Shown: one piece after another, positions 38,362 to 47,895 of the stretch
How positions within the stretch are numbered: position 1 is the first letter of the stretch
How the letters are laid out: each line of letters starts with the position of its first letter
Assembly: GCA_033809755.1 (NCBI GenBank)
Contig: JAPXLB010000002.1
Coordinates: forward strand, 64,486 to 128,485
Length of the DNA: 64,000 bases
DNA from: Lentimicrobiaceae bacterium
Lineage (GTDB): Bacteria > Bacteroidota > Bacteroidia > Bacteroidales > UBA4417
Direction of reading: 5' to 3'
Translations under genes and position numbers: made by a program
The notes under the pieces: generated by a model
What the model saw: the letters and a program-made list of their open reading frames with translations, nothing else
Database searches by the model: none
Told to the model about the DNA's origin: nothing

Positions 38362-38787
38362 ATGACAACAAACGAATTAGGAACACAAATGGGTAATATA
38401 GCTATAAAAGCTTTCAATTTTCTCTACGACAATTTTAGCAATTCACCCGAAATAACCGACGAATTGAAACAAAAGGTGAAAGGCGAACGTGAAAAAATCT
38501 TCACAGAATTTATTCCTTTAGTTAAACAGTGTCACACATTTGGCGAAGAAGATGTGGCTGACATTGGACAAATTATGGCTTTAACTTACATGCAAGGAAT
38601 AGATGATGCCGGTACTAAACTACAGAAAATGGCTAGTATTGTGGAAAACATCGTACATGAAGGCGGTGATGAAGCCTTTATGAGAGATTTTATGAGTCTT
38701 TCTGTTATGTTTGAGTTTTTAGAAAAACCAACCGAAGACGATGAAGAAAGGAAAGCTATGTTAAAACATGTTGGATTATTAGATTAA
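38362..38787 (+). CDS. hypothetical cytoplasmic protein (helical)
   Basis: A 141-aa ORF with no signal peptide. Codon usage is consistent with its neighbours. Confidence 0.45.
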   Translation: MTTNELGTQMGNIAIKAFNFLYDNFSNSPEITDELKQKVKGEREKIFTEFIPLVKQCHTFGEEDVADIGQIMALTYMQGIDDAGTKLQKMASIVENIVHEGGDEAFMRDFMSLSVMFEFLEKPTEDDEERKAMLKHVGLLD

Positions 38788-38901
38788 GGATTAAAAAAGC
38801 AATTGAGATGCAATTAACTGAGAATCAACATGAGGCAACTGGTGATATTGTTGAACTTATTGCTATAAAGTTATAAAAACAAACAGAAAGTTTAATATAT
38901 A

Positions 38902-39708
38902 ATGAAAACAAAACTGATTATTATGACATTATCACTTTCTTCCCTTTTCGGATGCGCAAACGCACAAAAAACGGAACTTATATCTGCCGATTACCACCGT
39001 TCTGGTATGCGTAGCGATGACCGAATTAGTATTAGAGTAAAAAAAACAACGGAAACTTATACTGTAGAATTTGAAAAAGGTCATTCCGAAGAAAACAATA
39101 GCACAAGTTTTGAAATTACGCAAAACGACTTCGATAAGTTGGCGAATATTCTTTTCGGTATGAGCAAACCTCGTAAAGAACGTCGCAATTTCATCCGCGA
39201 TTTAATGGAGCATCTTGATGTAAAATTTATTAAAAACGGCAAGGTGGTATCCTATAATTATTCTATCAATCAACCAATGGATGAGAAAACTGCAGAATTG
39301 CAAAACCAGGCGATTGATTTGATGTACCTATGGATTGACAAGTTCAAGCAACGAAGCGAAATTCGTATTTATTACAGTAAAGGCATTGCTACGCCAACCG
39401 AAATATACACTCACGCCGATCCTGCCGATTTGGTTGAAGACTTAGGTACTTTTACCGAACGCCTTGACCCAAATCGCGATAATTACTGTGGCGGAAGTAA
39501 TGATTACTCTCACCGTTGGCGTGCTTTAAAACCAGGTGTGGTTACCGTTTGGCATGAAGAGTTGATGGGAGGATACGATGCAAATAGGCTGACCGAAGAG
39601 TTTGAACCTCATTCGTGCTACATTATTGATGAAAACTTAAACGTGCGTTATTCGAAAGAAGAAACAGAAACAGCACGAGAAAAATTTAAACAACGAACTA
39701 AAAGATAA
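38902..39708 (+). CDS. lipoprotein, paralog family member with C-terminal chagasin/I42-like candidate domain
   Basis: Lipobox SLFGCAN. The C-terminal half (CGGSNDYSHRWRALKPGVVTVWHEE...CYIIDENLNVRYSKEETE) resembles the (G)GG...F.F.A...G pattern of I42 peptidase inhibitors. This is by eye only. Confidence 0.5.
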   Translation: MKTKLIIMTLSLSSLFGCANAQKTELISADYHRSGMRSDDRISIRVKKTTETYTVEFEKGHSEENNSTSFEITQNDFDKLANILFGMSKPRKERRNFIRDLMEHLDVKFIKNGKVVSYNYSINQPMDEKTAELQNQAIDLMYLWIDKFKQRSEIRIYYSKGIATPTEIYTHADPADLVEDLGTFTERLDPNRDNYCGGSNDYSHRWRALKPGVVTVWHEELMGGYDANRLTEEFEPHSCYIIDENLNVRYSKEETETAREKFKQRTKR

Positions 39709-39729
39709 AATATCTAAGGAGGACAACAT

Positions 39730-40116
39730 ATGCTTTTATTAGGAGTAAGTGAAGAAAACGGTTGGCTAGCGTCAACATTTAATCTAACGTATGCAGTCGG
39801 ATGGGATAAAATATGTAAAGCTGTAAGCATGATTTACAGTTATTACGAGAATGCAGAAATTCTAATCGATAATGAAAAAATAGATATCTCTTCAAAAGAG
39901 GATATTTTAAAACTTGAAGAAGCCGGAAATATGACAATTCGCGGAATATCGACTATAATTAAAGTCCCAATTATGATAACGTTCTTTAATCAGCTTCAGA
40001 CCGTAAATGTTGCTGTTCCATGTATGAAAGGGGAATTTGAAAAGGCTGATTATCAAAAGTTCAACATGTCGTTAGGACAATATATGGATAGTTTGGAATT
40101 GGCAATGTATCGTTAG
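39730..40116 (+). CDS. hypothetical cytoplasmic protein
   Basis: A 128-aa ORF with no signal peptide. It starts 22 nt after the preceding gene. Confidence 0.4.
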   Translation: MLLLGVSEENGWLASTFNLTYAVGWDKICKAVSMIYSYYENAEILIDNEKIDISSKEDILKLEEAGNMTIRGISTIIKVPIMITFFNQLQTVNVAVPCMKGEFEKADYQKFNMSLGQYMDSLELAMYR

Positions 40117-40131
40117 TGGGAATAAATAATT

Positions 40132-40195
40132 AAACCATTAAGAAATTAAGGTTAGTTAAGTACTTAATGATTCTTAATGTCTTAATGGTTCAAAA
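40132..40195 (+). repeat. 64-bp palindromic repeat element, copy 1
   Basis: AAACCATTAAGAAATTAAGGTTAGTTAAGTACTTAATGATTCTTAATGTCTTAATGGTTCAAAA. The termini AACCATTAAG/CTTAATGGTT are inverted repeats, and there are internal CTTAATG iterations. Confidence 0.85.
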
Positions 40196-40204
40196 TAATT
40201 AAAT

Positions 40205-40609
40205 ATGACAAAGAAAGAAGTAACAAATTTATCGTACGAAATTGTCAGTTGTGCCATAAAAGTGCATAAAGAATTAGGTCCGGGTCTATTGGAAAGTGTT
40301 TACGAAAAATGCCTGAAATACGAACTCCAGAAACAAGGATACAGTGTTCAGCAACAGATGTTAGTTCCTGTTATTTATGATACAATAGAGATGGATGTTG
40401 AATTGCGAATAGATTTATTGGTAAACGATTGCGTTGTAGTAGAACTTAAGGCAGTAGAGACAGTCTTGCCTGTACATGAGGCTCAGTTACTTACATATAT
40501 GAAATTGCTCAAAAAACCGCAAGGATTGCTGATTAATTTTCATACGGATAACATTACAAAAAGCATGAAACCATTTGTAAATGAATATTTTAAACAGTTA
40601 AATGATTAA
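40205..40609 (+). CDS. GxxExxY protein (PD-(D/E)XK nuclease-fold family)
   Basis: Contains LGPGLLESVYEKCL (the G-x-x-E-x-x-Y signature) and a D...ELK core (DLLVNDCVVVELKAV). Its 134-aa size is typical for the family. Confidence 0.8.
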   Translation: MTKKEVTNLSYEIVSCAIKVHKELGPGLLESVYEKCLKYELQKQGYSVQQQMLVPVIYDTIEMDVELRIDLLVNDCVVVELKAVETVLPVHEAQLLTYMKLLKKPQGLLINFHTDNITKSMKPFVNEYFKQLND

Positions 40610-40611
40610 AC

Positions 40612-40675
40612 AAACCATTAAGAAATTAAGGTTAGTTAAGGACTTAATGATTCTTAATGCCTTAATGGTTCAAAA
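40612..40675 (+). repeat. 64-bp palindromic repeat element, copy 2
   Basis: 62/64 identical to copy 1 and exactly 480 bp downstream of it. It begins 3 nt after the GxxExxY stop codon. Confidence 0.85.
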
Positions 40676-40726
40676 AATAGTTTTATCAGGGTAAATTCAA
40701 CCAAAAAGTAGAATATTATAGAAAAA

Positions 40727-41974
40727 ATGAAAGAAAAGAGACATACAAGTAATAGCGGAGTAATAAAAAGCGTTTTTATTCTTTTTACAATCTTTATTGC
40801 AACTGCCTTGTTGGTCAGTTTTGCTGGAAACCATGAGGATTCTAACAAAGAAATAGCTATTTCAAAGCAAGAACGCTCTACGAGTAGTAGGCTACAAAGC
40901 AGCGCTGTCCTTAAGACTAATATCAGATACCGTGTAGAAGATGTACCAAATGTGCAACTTCAAAATGCATCTCGCTATACCAGCGATCCGAATAATCTGA
41001 TTACCGAACGCTACCGTATCGCAATCGACAGTATAGCAGCCACAATACGAGATACATTCGATGTGGAAGTGGCGGTAGTTGTACTACCAAATTTCGATGA
41101 TAACAAATACGCTACATTACGCGAATTTGCCAATCAGCTATTCAACACTTGGGGCATTGGCAATAAAGAAACAGACCAAGGATTGCTCATCTTGCTCAAT
41201 TTAGAAGAGGGCAATAGAGAAATAACCTTCGAAACAGGATATGGACTTGAGGCTATACTCCCCGACGGAATTTGTAAGTTAATCCAAACAAAAATAATGC
41301 TGCCTTATTTAGTCGAAGGGGAGTACGGCGAAGCACTCGAAGCAGGACTAATTGCAGTACAAAAGCGGCTTGCCGACCCCGACAACGAGGAGTTCCTTGG
41401 CACAACCACGAGCAGCGGCGATGATGGAGATGCAATATTTGGATTCGCTATTTGGACACTGTTTGGGTTAGCCTTTTTAGGTTATGCCCACTACAAGAGA
41501 AGAAAAGACGTAAACATAGGTGATAACGTTTATCAAAAACAAATTTTTTACAGAGGAATTAAACCTGCGAACTTAATTGCATACTTTATTTTTGTCCCCT
41601 ATCTAATTATTCCTTACTTGCTTTTCATCAATATTCCTTGGCGTAGAAAATTGCGAAGAGGTATGATTTGCGAAGCATGTGAGACAATTGGTAAAATGAA
41701 ACTTGAGAAAGGTAAAGAATTTATTTCATTGGAGCCAACAACGGAAGAAAATATATATATACACACTGACCGCTACACTTTTACTTGCAAAAAGTGCGGA
41801 CATCAGCATTTTGAAGATATAAGAATTCAATATATACAACCTTATTCAGGTAGTAGTGGTTCGGGATATAGTTCATCAAGCTACGACGACAGTTCATCAT
41901 GGGATTCGTCAAGTGATGGTGGCTCGTGGGGTGGTGGTAGTAGTGGTGGCGGTGGTGCAAGTACAAGGTTTTAA
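40727..41974 (+). CDS. TPM-domain (YgcG-like) membrane protein with C4 zinc ribbon and Ser/Gly tail, second full-length paralog
   Basis: N-terminal TM, then a TPM domain (RYRVEDVPNVQL...VAVVVLPNF...TWGIGNKETDQGLLILL...REITFETGYG), two TMs, CEACE...CKKCGHQHFEDI, and the tail ...GGSWGGGSSGGGGASTRF. Confidence 0.8.
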   Translation: MKEKRHTSNSGVIKSVFILFTIFIATALLVSFAGNHEDSNKEIAISKQERSTSSRLQSSAVLKTNIRYRVEDVPNVQLQNASRYTSDPNNLITERYRIAIDSIAATIRDTFDVEVAVVVLPNFDDNKYATLREFANQLFNTWGIGNKETDQGLLILLNLEEGNREITFETGYGLEAILPDGICKLIQTKIMLPYLVEGEYGEALEAGLIAVQKRLADPDNEEFLGTTTSSGDDGDAIFGFAIWTLFGLAFLGYAHYKRRKDVNIGDNVYQKQIFYRGIKPANLIAYFIFVPYLIIPYLLFINIPWRRKLRRGMICEACETIGKMKLEKGKEFISLEPTTEENIYIHTDRYTFTCKKCGHQHFEDIRIQYIQPYSGSSGSGYSSSSYDDSSSWDSSSDGGSWGGGSSGGGGASTRF

Positions 41975-42041
41975 GGTTATTTATAAATGGTACAGATTTA
42001 AGTAAAAAATTAAAATAATAAAATAATAAAATAATAAAACA

Positions 42042-42560
42042 ATGAAAAGAATATTTATAACTATCATTATTACAATGCTTTGCCTTACGGCAATACAAGC
42101 ACAAGATGCAGCAAAAGATGTGCAAAAAATTCGCACGCAGTATTATAAACTAAAATCACAACTTGAAGGTAAAACCAACGATTTGGTTTGCCTTTATTTA
42201 GAGGACAATAAGTACGACCAAAGAGAGCCTGGTGCACGCTTTTACAACGAAAAAATCTACTTCTACTACACACCTGACGAAAGAGAATTAAAAATGGTGA
42301 TTTTTGAATCCCAACATGGGATTTTCTCAACTTATGCAGAGTACATGTTCGACGATGATTTACTTACTTTTGCCTTTGAACAACAAAACGAGGACAAAGA
42401 CTCAGAAAAACGCCTTTACCGACAAAACGACAAAAATGTTAAATATTCCGTTGGTAACATTGATAAGAACATTGCAGAAAACGAAAATGACATAGCAATG
42501 CTAAACAAAAAGTCTTTTCAGTTGCTTCGTATCTTCAACTCGTATATGCTACGCGATTAA
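42042..42560 (+). CDS. secreted hypothetical protein
   Basis: Signal peptide (MLCLTAIQAQ). Its N-terminus is related to the 34-codon remnant at 44635-44739. Confidence 0.5.
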   Translation: MKRIFITIIITMLCLTAIQAQDAAKDVQKIRTQYYKLKSQLEGKTNDLVCLYLEDNKYDQREPGARFYNEKIYFYYTPDERELKMVIFESQHGIFSTYAEYMFDDDLLTFAFEQQNEDKDSEKRLYRQNDKNVKYSVGNIDKNIAENENDIAMLNKKSFQLLRIFNSYMLRD

Positions 42561-42589
42561 AATTTAATTAAACTAAAAACATTAATAAA

Positions 42590-43246
42590 ATGAAGAAAAA
42601 AATTGTATTACTCACATTAATTACACTAGCAATGTTGGCTTGTACTAACAATAAAAAAGACAATAAAAAAGTCAAAGATGTTGAAATTATCACATTACAA
42701 CCATTACAAGAAAACGAAACACTTTGTTATGAAGATGAATTGCGCCGCATTAGCGGTAGCTGGGCTGAAAATTACGACGGATTTATTATTCGGGTTGAAG
42801 CAAAGCGTGAAGATGTAAAATCATTCACAGTTCAAGATGCTACGGCATTTGAATGCGTTGTAGCTGATGCATTGATATTGAGTAATGGTACAAGCAATGT
42901 TCGGACACTTAATGTGTACGACTTAAACTCATGTGATGAATTACTGTCAATTAAAGATAATTTTTCAGGTGAGGTAATGCCTGATGACAATCAGACGGGA
43001 TTTACATTTTATAAATATTCTGAAGATATGCCTATCGTTCAATGGAACGCCCAGACTGGCGAATGGCATGAAACAAACAAAGTGCCGTCCGAACTCTTCA
43101 ACTCAGATTTTCACAATACAATTGAAGAAATTGGCGATAGAGCCTTTAACGGAATGAGATTAGCTGCATTGCAAAAAACTTACGTCAACATAAAGAATAA
43201 AAAAATAAGCTACCTGAACGAATACAAATGGAAATATATCGAATAG
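42590..43246 (+). CDS. hypothetical lipoprotein
   Basis: Lipobox AMLACTN. Confidence 0.5.
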   Translation: MKKKIVLLTLITLAMLACTNNKKDNKKVKDVEIITLQPLQENETLCYEDELRRISGSWAENYDGFIIRVEAKREDVKSFTVQDATAFECVVADALILSNGTSNVRTLNVYDLNSCDELLSIKDNFSGEVMPDDNQTGFTFYKYSEDMPIVQWNAQTGEWHETNKVPSELFNSDFHNTIEEIGDRAFNGMRLAALQKTYVNIKNKKISYLNEYKWKYIE

Positions 43247-43322
43247 GTTAGGCTTAATATGTTAATTGACAATATACATATGTAATAACCTAAATAATAG
43301 ATAAAATTAAGACTATAAAACA

Positions 43323-43982
43323 ATGAGAACAAAAGCAATAATAATTATAATGGTGTTATCATCACTTTTCGTTACAAGTTGTAACGGACAAGATAAAACA
43401 CGACATAATTATGCAAACACAAAAATATTAACAGAAAAAGAAAAATACCCAATGACTTATCAGTTTATAACACTTACAAAAGAAGAGCAAGATAAAATTA
43501 AAAAAATTATAAGGAAAGATGGGGAAAAAAGAAAAATCAAAATCTCCGAATATGCATCACAAATTCATTGTTTCCTGTTTGTATCTTATGAAGTAAAGAG
43601 AGATTTCATTGTCCTTGACCAAGACCCGAATATATACCACTTTAGCATAATATTTGACACCAAGACCAATGAAATTCTACGCAATTCAAGAGAAACGCTT
43701 GCACATATTGCTCAAACAATAGATATATTCAATAACCAAGAAATTTCTGATGAAGATATCATACGGCTTATTTCAAAAGTTCTTTTCGGCGGAAAATTGC
43801 TTACCGAAAAGTTTAGGCTTTTCGATATCGCCGAACTCCCTGTATTGCAACGCAATGAAAAATTTATAAAATGCACTGCATATTTAAAAGTTTCAGACAG
43901 CGGCATGACTAAGCCTCGTGCTGTAAAGTACATTATTTCTATCGATAATAATTTTAATGTAGAATGTAATAAACACGAATAA
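43323..43982 (+). CDS. hypothetical lipoprotein
   Basis: Lipobox FVTSCNG. Confidence 0.5.
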   Translation: MRTKAIIIIMVLSSLFVTSCNGQDKTRHNYANTKILTEKEKYPMTYQFITLTKEEQDKIKKIIRKDGEKRKIKISEYASQIHCFLFVSYEVKRDFIVLDQDPNIYHFSIIFDTKTNEILRNSRETLAHIAQTIDIFNNQEISDEDIIRLISKVLFGGKLLTEKFRLFDIAELPVLQRNEKFIKCTAYLKVSDSGMTKPRAVKYIISIDNNFNVECNKHE

Positions 43983-44023
43983 TAACGCATTACACAGTAC
44001 AAAAACCATAAATTCTCAAAATC

Positions 44024-44602
44024 ATGAAATCCAAAATTATTTTTACAGTTATTATCCTTTGTTCAAGTGTGTTGGCATACGGACAAACCAAGAAGCCCTC
44101 TACTGCCGAACGTTTTAAAGCAGAGTATGTAAACCAAAACCCACAAAACGAAGCTATTGCCGGAGCCTACCTTTACGACCCAGACCCAAATGGTGCAAAC
44201 CTACGCGAAAGTCCTGGCGGTAAAGTTATAAAAGTCATTCCTACAAATGTAGAGTGGCTTATAGATATATACGAGGCATGGAATGGTTGGTTCAGAATAG
44301 ACCCTCAAATTTATAGCGAAGAAAGCGAACCAATTGATTTACAAACCAATAATTGCTGGATTCACGGCTCAATATTGGCTTCAAGAACACGAAATTATGG
44401 CAACCAAACCTTGAAGTTTTATAGCAGTCCGGATAGCACTAGCACAGTTACATTTACTGTAAGTGAAGAAATTTCAGTTACATTTCTAGATGTGAAAAAA
44501 GACTGGGCAAAAGTGTGCTATACTGACGGAAGTGGTAAGAAGCTAGTAGGTTGGATTGAATTGGAATGGCTATGTTCTAATCCATATACAACTTGTCCTT
44601 AA
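44024..44602 (+). CDS. secreted protein with two SH3b-like units
   Basis: Signal peptide. GANLRESPGGKVIKVIP...GWFRI and LKFYSSPDSTS...DWAKVCY...LVGWIELEWL resemble bacterial SH3 domains, by eye. Confidence 0.45.
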   Translation: MKSKIIFTVIILCSSVLAYGQTKKPSTAERFKAEYVNQNPQNEAIAGAYLYDPDPNGANLRESPGGKVIKVIPTNVEWLIDIYEAWNGWFRIDPQIYSEESEPIDLQTNNCWIHGSILASRTRNYGNQTLKFYSSPDSTSTVTFTVSEEISVTFLDVKKDWAKVCYTDGSGKKLVGWIELEWLCSNPYTTCP

Positions 44603-44634
44603 ATTATCTACAAAGCCATTAAAGTACCCAAAAT

Positions 44635-44739
44635 ATGAAAAAAATATTTTACTTATTACTACTATTAGGAGTTTTTATGCATCATAACGTACATGCTCAA
44701 GATGTGGAAAAAACCGTAAAAGAAATCAGACAAGAATAG
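44635..44739 (+). pseudogene. 34-codon remnant of a paralog of the 42042-42560 gene
   Basis: MKKIFYLLLLLGVFMHHNVHAQDVEKTVKEIRQE* compared with MKRIFITIIITMLCLTAIQAQDAAKDVQKIRTQYY... It has a signal peptide plus the first ~12 mature residues, then a stop. Confidence 0.4.
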
Positions 44740-44780
44740 GTGGCAAGAATAATTACTTAAATAAAATAATTAATAAAATC

Positions 44781-45581
44781 ATGAAACCCAAAATTATTAT
44801 TATGACAGCATTTTCTCTATTTACTTGCATCGGCTGTAATATGGCTCAAAAAAAACAATTAGTTTCGGTAAGTTTCGATTATTCCGTAGAATGTATAGAC
44901 TATCGCTTTGCTGCAACAGTTAAAAAAGATGGTGATACATATAATGCTTCTTATCAAGACAAGCAAATGCAAAAACCCGTAGCATTTGACCTTACCGATA
45001 CCGATTTTGATGAATTAACAAAAGTAGTATCCAAAATGAATAAGCCCGCCAAAAATCGAAAACATGCCGTTACAGACGAAAGTAGAGTAGGGACATTTAC
45101 GGTAGTTTTAAACAAAAAGGGCAAAGACATAACGTATGAGTACAAAATAAATAAATTTTCAAGCGAAAAAGAAAACAATCTGAAAAACGAAGCCATTGAT
45201 TTGATTAAGAAATGTATAGACCGTCATAAGAAAAAAAGTGAAATTCGTGTAGGTTGGCGCCAAGTCATCCCTCCAACTTATGAGGTATATGCTCACGCCG
45301 AACCTGCTGAATTGGTCGAATATTTGGGTAAATTTGTTGAGAATAGTAACTCTAAAAAGAACGTGTGCGGTGGAAGTGAATCCGGAACTTTTAGATGGAA
45401 AGCTTTAAAGCCAGGCGTGGTAACTGTTTGGGTAGAAGAATCACGTTATCATCACGATCCAAAAAATTTCCCTACACTTTTCGAGCCATTCCGTTGTTAT
45501 ATCATCGATGAAAACCTAAATGTTCGTTATTCGGAAGAAGAAACAGAAGCAGCAAAAAAGAAGTTTAAAGAAAAAAAATAA
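44781..45581 (+). CDS. lipoprotein, paralog of 38902-39708 (N-domain + chagasin/I42-like candidate domain)
   Basis: CGGSESGTFRWKALKPGVVTVWVEE...FEPFRCYIIDENLNVRYSEEETEAAKKKFK is colinear with the 38902 protein along its full length. Confidence 0.5.
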   Translation: MKPKIIIMTAFSLFTCIGCNMAQKKQLVSVSFDYSVECIDYRFAATVKKDGDTYNASYQDKQMQKPVAFDLTDTDFDELTKVVSKMNKPAKNRKHAVTDESRVGTFTVVLNKKGKDITYEYKINKFSSEKENNLKNEAIDLIKKCIDRHKKKSEIRVGWRQVIPPTYEVYAHAEPAELVEYLGKFVENSNSKKNVCGGSESGTFRWKALKPGVVTVWVEESRYHHDPKNFPTLFEPFRCYIIDENLNVRYSEEETEAAKKKFKEKK

Positions 45582-45625
45582 TAAAATAAAATCATTTAAT
45601 ACCTTTAAGAAAAAATATTAGAACT

Positions 45626-46384
45626 ATGAGAGCAAAAAATTATTTATTATTAATGGCTTTAATTGTCATCTCTTGTAATCAAGGCATGAGTCAGAAAACA
45701 AAGCCTGCAAATTTAGAACTCGAAACCTATACCGAATGGGTAACCAAGTACGAAGAAACCGAATGTTATGAATTGTCGATTCCAAATTATTTCGGAGAAA
45801 ACAATCCTATTACTATTCTGTTTTACTACAATGATGAAGGCAACGAAGATCAATCAACCATCAACCTGATTGATAAAAATGGAGATTTTTTAATCACACA
45901 CTATGAACCAATAACCGTACATCCAATGGCAATGGGATACACCAAACTTGTGGTAGGAGATATTGACGGCAACGGATTAAAAGATATTAGAATGGAATTT
46001 CCATACATGGGCAACGGACTTATGGCATGTGCCGTACGTACTATTTATATCTTTCAGGAAAAAGATAAAATATTCAACAAAGTATCTTTCGATAGCTTTA
46101 TTTGCACCGACCAAGCTTCGGAAATTGATGCCGATGGCGACGGTAAATGGGAAATTATTGCCAGAACCTTGGAATACATCGACGAAGAAAATTATTATTG
46201 GATCGATAATATATACAAATATACCCCCGAAGGATTAGTATGTGTTAGTGAAGAAAATGGTTATCCAAAAGCAATAAATACGCACGAAGCCAAAACAACC
46301 GATGCTAAAATCGTGAATAAAAATAAAAAAGGTTGGATAAAAGAACAGCCCGATGGATATATCTTTTTTTTTAATAGTAAATAA
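45626..46384 (+). CDS. lipoprotein with FG-GAP/VCBS-like loops
   Basis: Lipobox VISCNQ, plus VGDIDGNGLKDI and IDADGDGKWEII motifs. Confidence 0.5.
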   Translation: MRAKNYLLLMALIVISCNQGMSQKTKPANLELETYTEWVTKYEETECYELSIPNYFGENNPITILFYYNDEGNEDQSTINLIDKNGDFLITHYEPITVHPMAMGYTKLVVGDIDGNGLKDIRMEFPYMGNGLMACAVRTIYIFQEKDKIFNKVSFDSFICTDQASEIDADGDGKWEIIARTLEYIDEENYYWIDNIYKYTPEGLVCVSEENGYPKAINTHEAKTTDAKIVNKNKKGWIKEQPDGYIFFFNSK

Positions 46385-46393
46385 AACAATAAT

Positions 46394-47776
46394 ATGAGAA
46401 TAAGATTAATTTGTCTACTATCTATCGCTATAGTACTTGCCTCATGTGCAAATAAAACCTCAAAAGAGGAAGATATTTCTATAGTTTTACTAGAAGATCA
46501 ATACAGCCAAACAAACGACCCTTTTGATAAATTCGTCTTGCTTGACCAAATTGCAAAGGCAAAAGCACAAACGCTTTCAGCTGAGGAGTTTGGCAACTTT
46601 TTTTTGGAATTCAAGGTCGAACTTGAAAACCTTATTGCCGATATAAATACCAACGAAAAAGATTATCTGTACAAACGATACGGACTGCATCACGATGACA
46701 GAGGAAACGAGATAACTCCGCCAGATTGGGTTCAGGAAAAAGAAAAACGTTATGCCGATGCAGGATTGTATCCAAAACACATAGGTGAAGGTTTTGAAGA
46801 ATTTCGCCTCGCCAATGACTATTTCAGTCAAAATTTTGATAGTATTTTACCTATGGATATTAAAGAATACCTGAAACTAAAAGAAAAAGATGGTGAAATT
46901 GTATCCGATGGCGGTTTGTGGATAGAACTTAACGAGCTAGCTGACGAAATTCTTCTTTACGAAAATTTTATAATTAATCACCCTAATAGTAAGCTGATAG
47001 ATGAGGTAAAGGAAAAATACCTTTTTTACCAAGATATCTACTTAAACGGCATCGACAATACACCCATAAAGGATAAGAACGGTCGCCTTTTGCCGGAAGC
47101 TAAAGCCGAATTGCAACGCTTTATAAAGACAAACCCTAATAGCCCTACAACTGAATTAGCAAAAATGACGTTAGAAGATAAAACTGTTGTAGATATGTTT
47201 CTGTTATTGCCTGATGAAGCATTTGATGGAGCGTATTCGAGTGCCATACGTAAAAGAATGGCTAATGGAGAACATATTAAATTTGAAAGTACTTGGGAAC
47301 ATGATTATAGATGGATAGATATTTCCGACATAGAAAAAGGTGTATTGACATTGGAAGACGAAAGCGAGTCGCCTTTAGGATTTATTTATTTTTGGAGATT
47401 AAGGGAAAACAAGAATCTGGTTACTGTACTTAATAATCAGAGTCACAAGCTAAAAGCCTACTGGTATGAGAACGGTAAATTAGAAAAAGATGATGACTTT
47501 TATGCTTTTGTAAACGAGAACTCAAATCTAGAAACTGACGATTTTTTTGACCTTCAAAATGTTCCGGAAGAGATAAGGAAAGACCTTCAATATTTTACCG
47601 ATAGTTATTTGAGTTTATCTAAAAATGGTGTAATAACATTTACAATTAGCAATGCACACTTTTATGATTATAACAACAGAGAAATATTTGACGAACGCGA
47701 ATATTATTATAAATTTGAACTTGTGAATGGCAAATGGACAAAAAAGCGAATAAAAACATACAACACAAATGATTAA
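46394..47776 (+). CDS. hypothetical lipoprotein
   Basis: Lipobox VLASCAN. 460 aa with no recognisable domain. Confidence 0.5.
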   Translation: MRIRLICLLSIAIVLASCANKTSKEEDISIVLLEDQYSQTNDPFDKFVLLDQIAKAKAQTLSAEEFGNFFLEFKVELENLIADINTNEKDYLYKRYGLHHDDRGNEITPPDWVQEKEKRYADAGLYPKHIGEGFEEFRLANDYFSQNFDSILPMDIKEYLKLKEKDGEIVSDGGLWIELNELADEILLYENFIINHPNSKLIDEVKEKYLFYQDIYLNGIDNTPIKDKNGRLLPEAKAELQRFIKTNPNSPTTELAKMTLEDKTVVDMFLLLPDEAFDGAYSSAIRKRMANGEHIKFESTWEHDYRWIDISDIEKGVLTLEDESESPLGFIYFWRLRENKNLVTVLNNQSHKLKAYWYENGKLEKDDDFYAFVNENSNLETDDFFDLQNVPEEIRKDLQYFTDSYLSLSKNGVITFTISNAHFYDYNNREIFDEREYYYKFELVNGKWTKKRIKTYNTND

Positions 47777-47799
47777 TTTTAAATAAATAATTTATATTA

Positions 47800-47864
47800 A
47801 GCCATTAAAAAGTTGAGAGTCGTACAGACCTTAATGTCCCTTAATGCCTTAATGGTTCAAAATA
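47800..47864 (+). repeat. palindromic repeat element, diverged copy 3
   Basis: AGCCATTAA...CTTAATGTCCCTTAATGCCTTAATGGTTCAAAA. The right arm is nearly identical to copies 1 and 2, and the centre has diverged. Confidence 0.7.
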
Positions 47865-47895
47865 AAAACATTAACAATTCAAAAAATTAAACAAT

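Noticed and set aside
40132-40675. Interpretation of the 64-bp hairpin repeats as integron attC sites, with the island as an integron cassette array
   Set aside because: The repeat ends (…CTTAATGGTTCAAAA) do not match the GTTRRRY/RYYYAAC core sites. No intI-type or other tyrosine recombinase gene, and no attI/Pc arrangement, is visible in the 64 kb. Only cassette-like geometry is retained, as a hypothesis.
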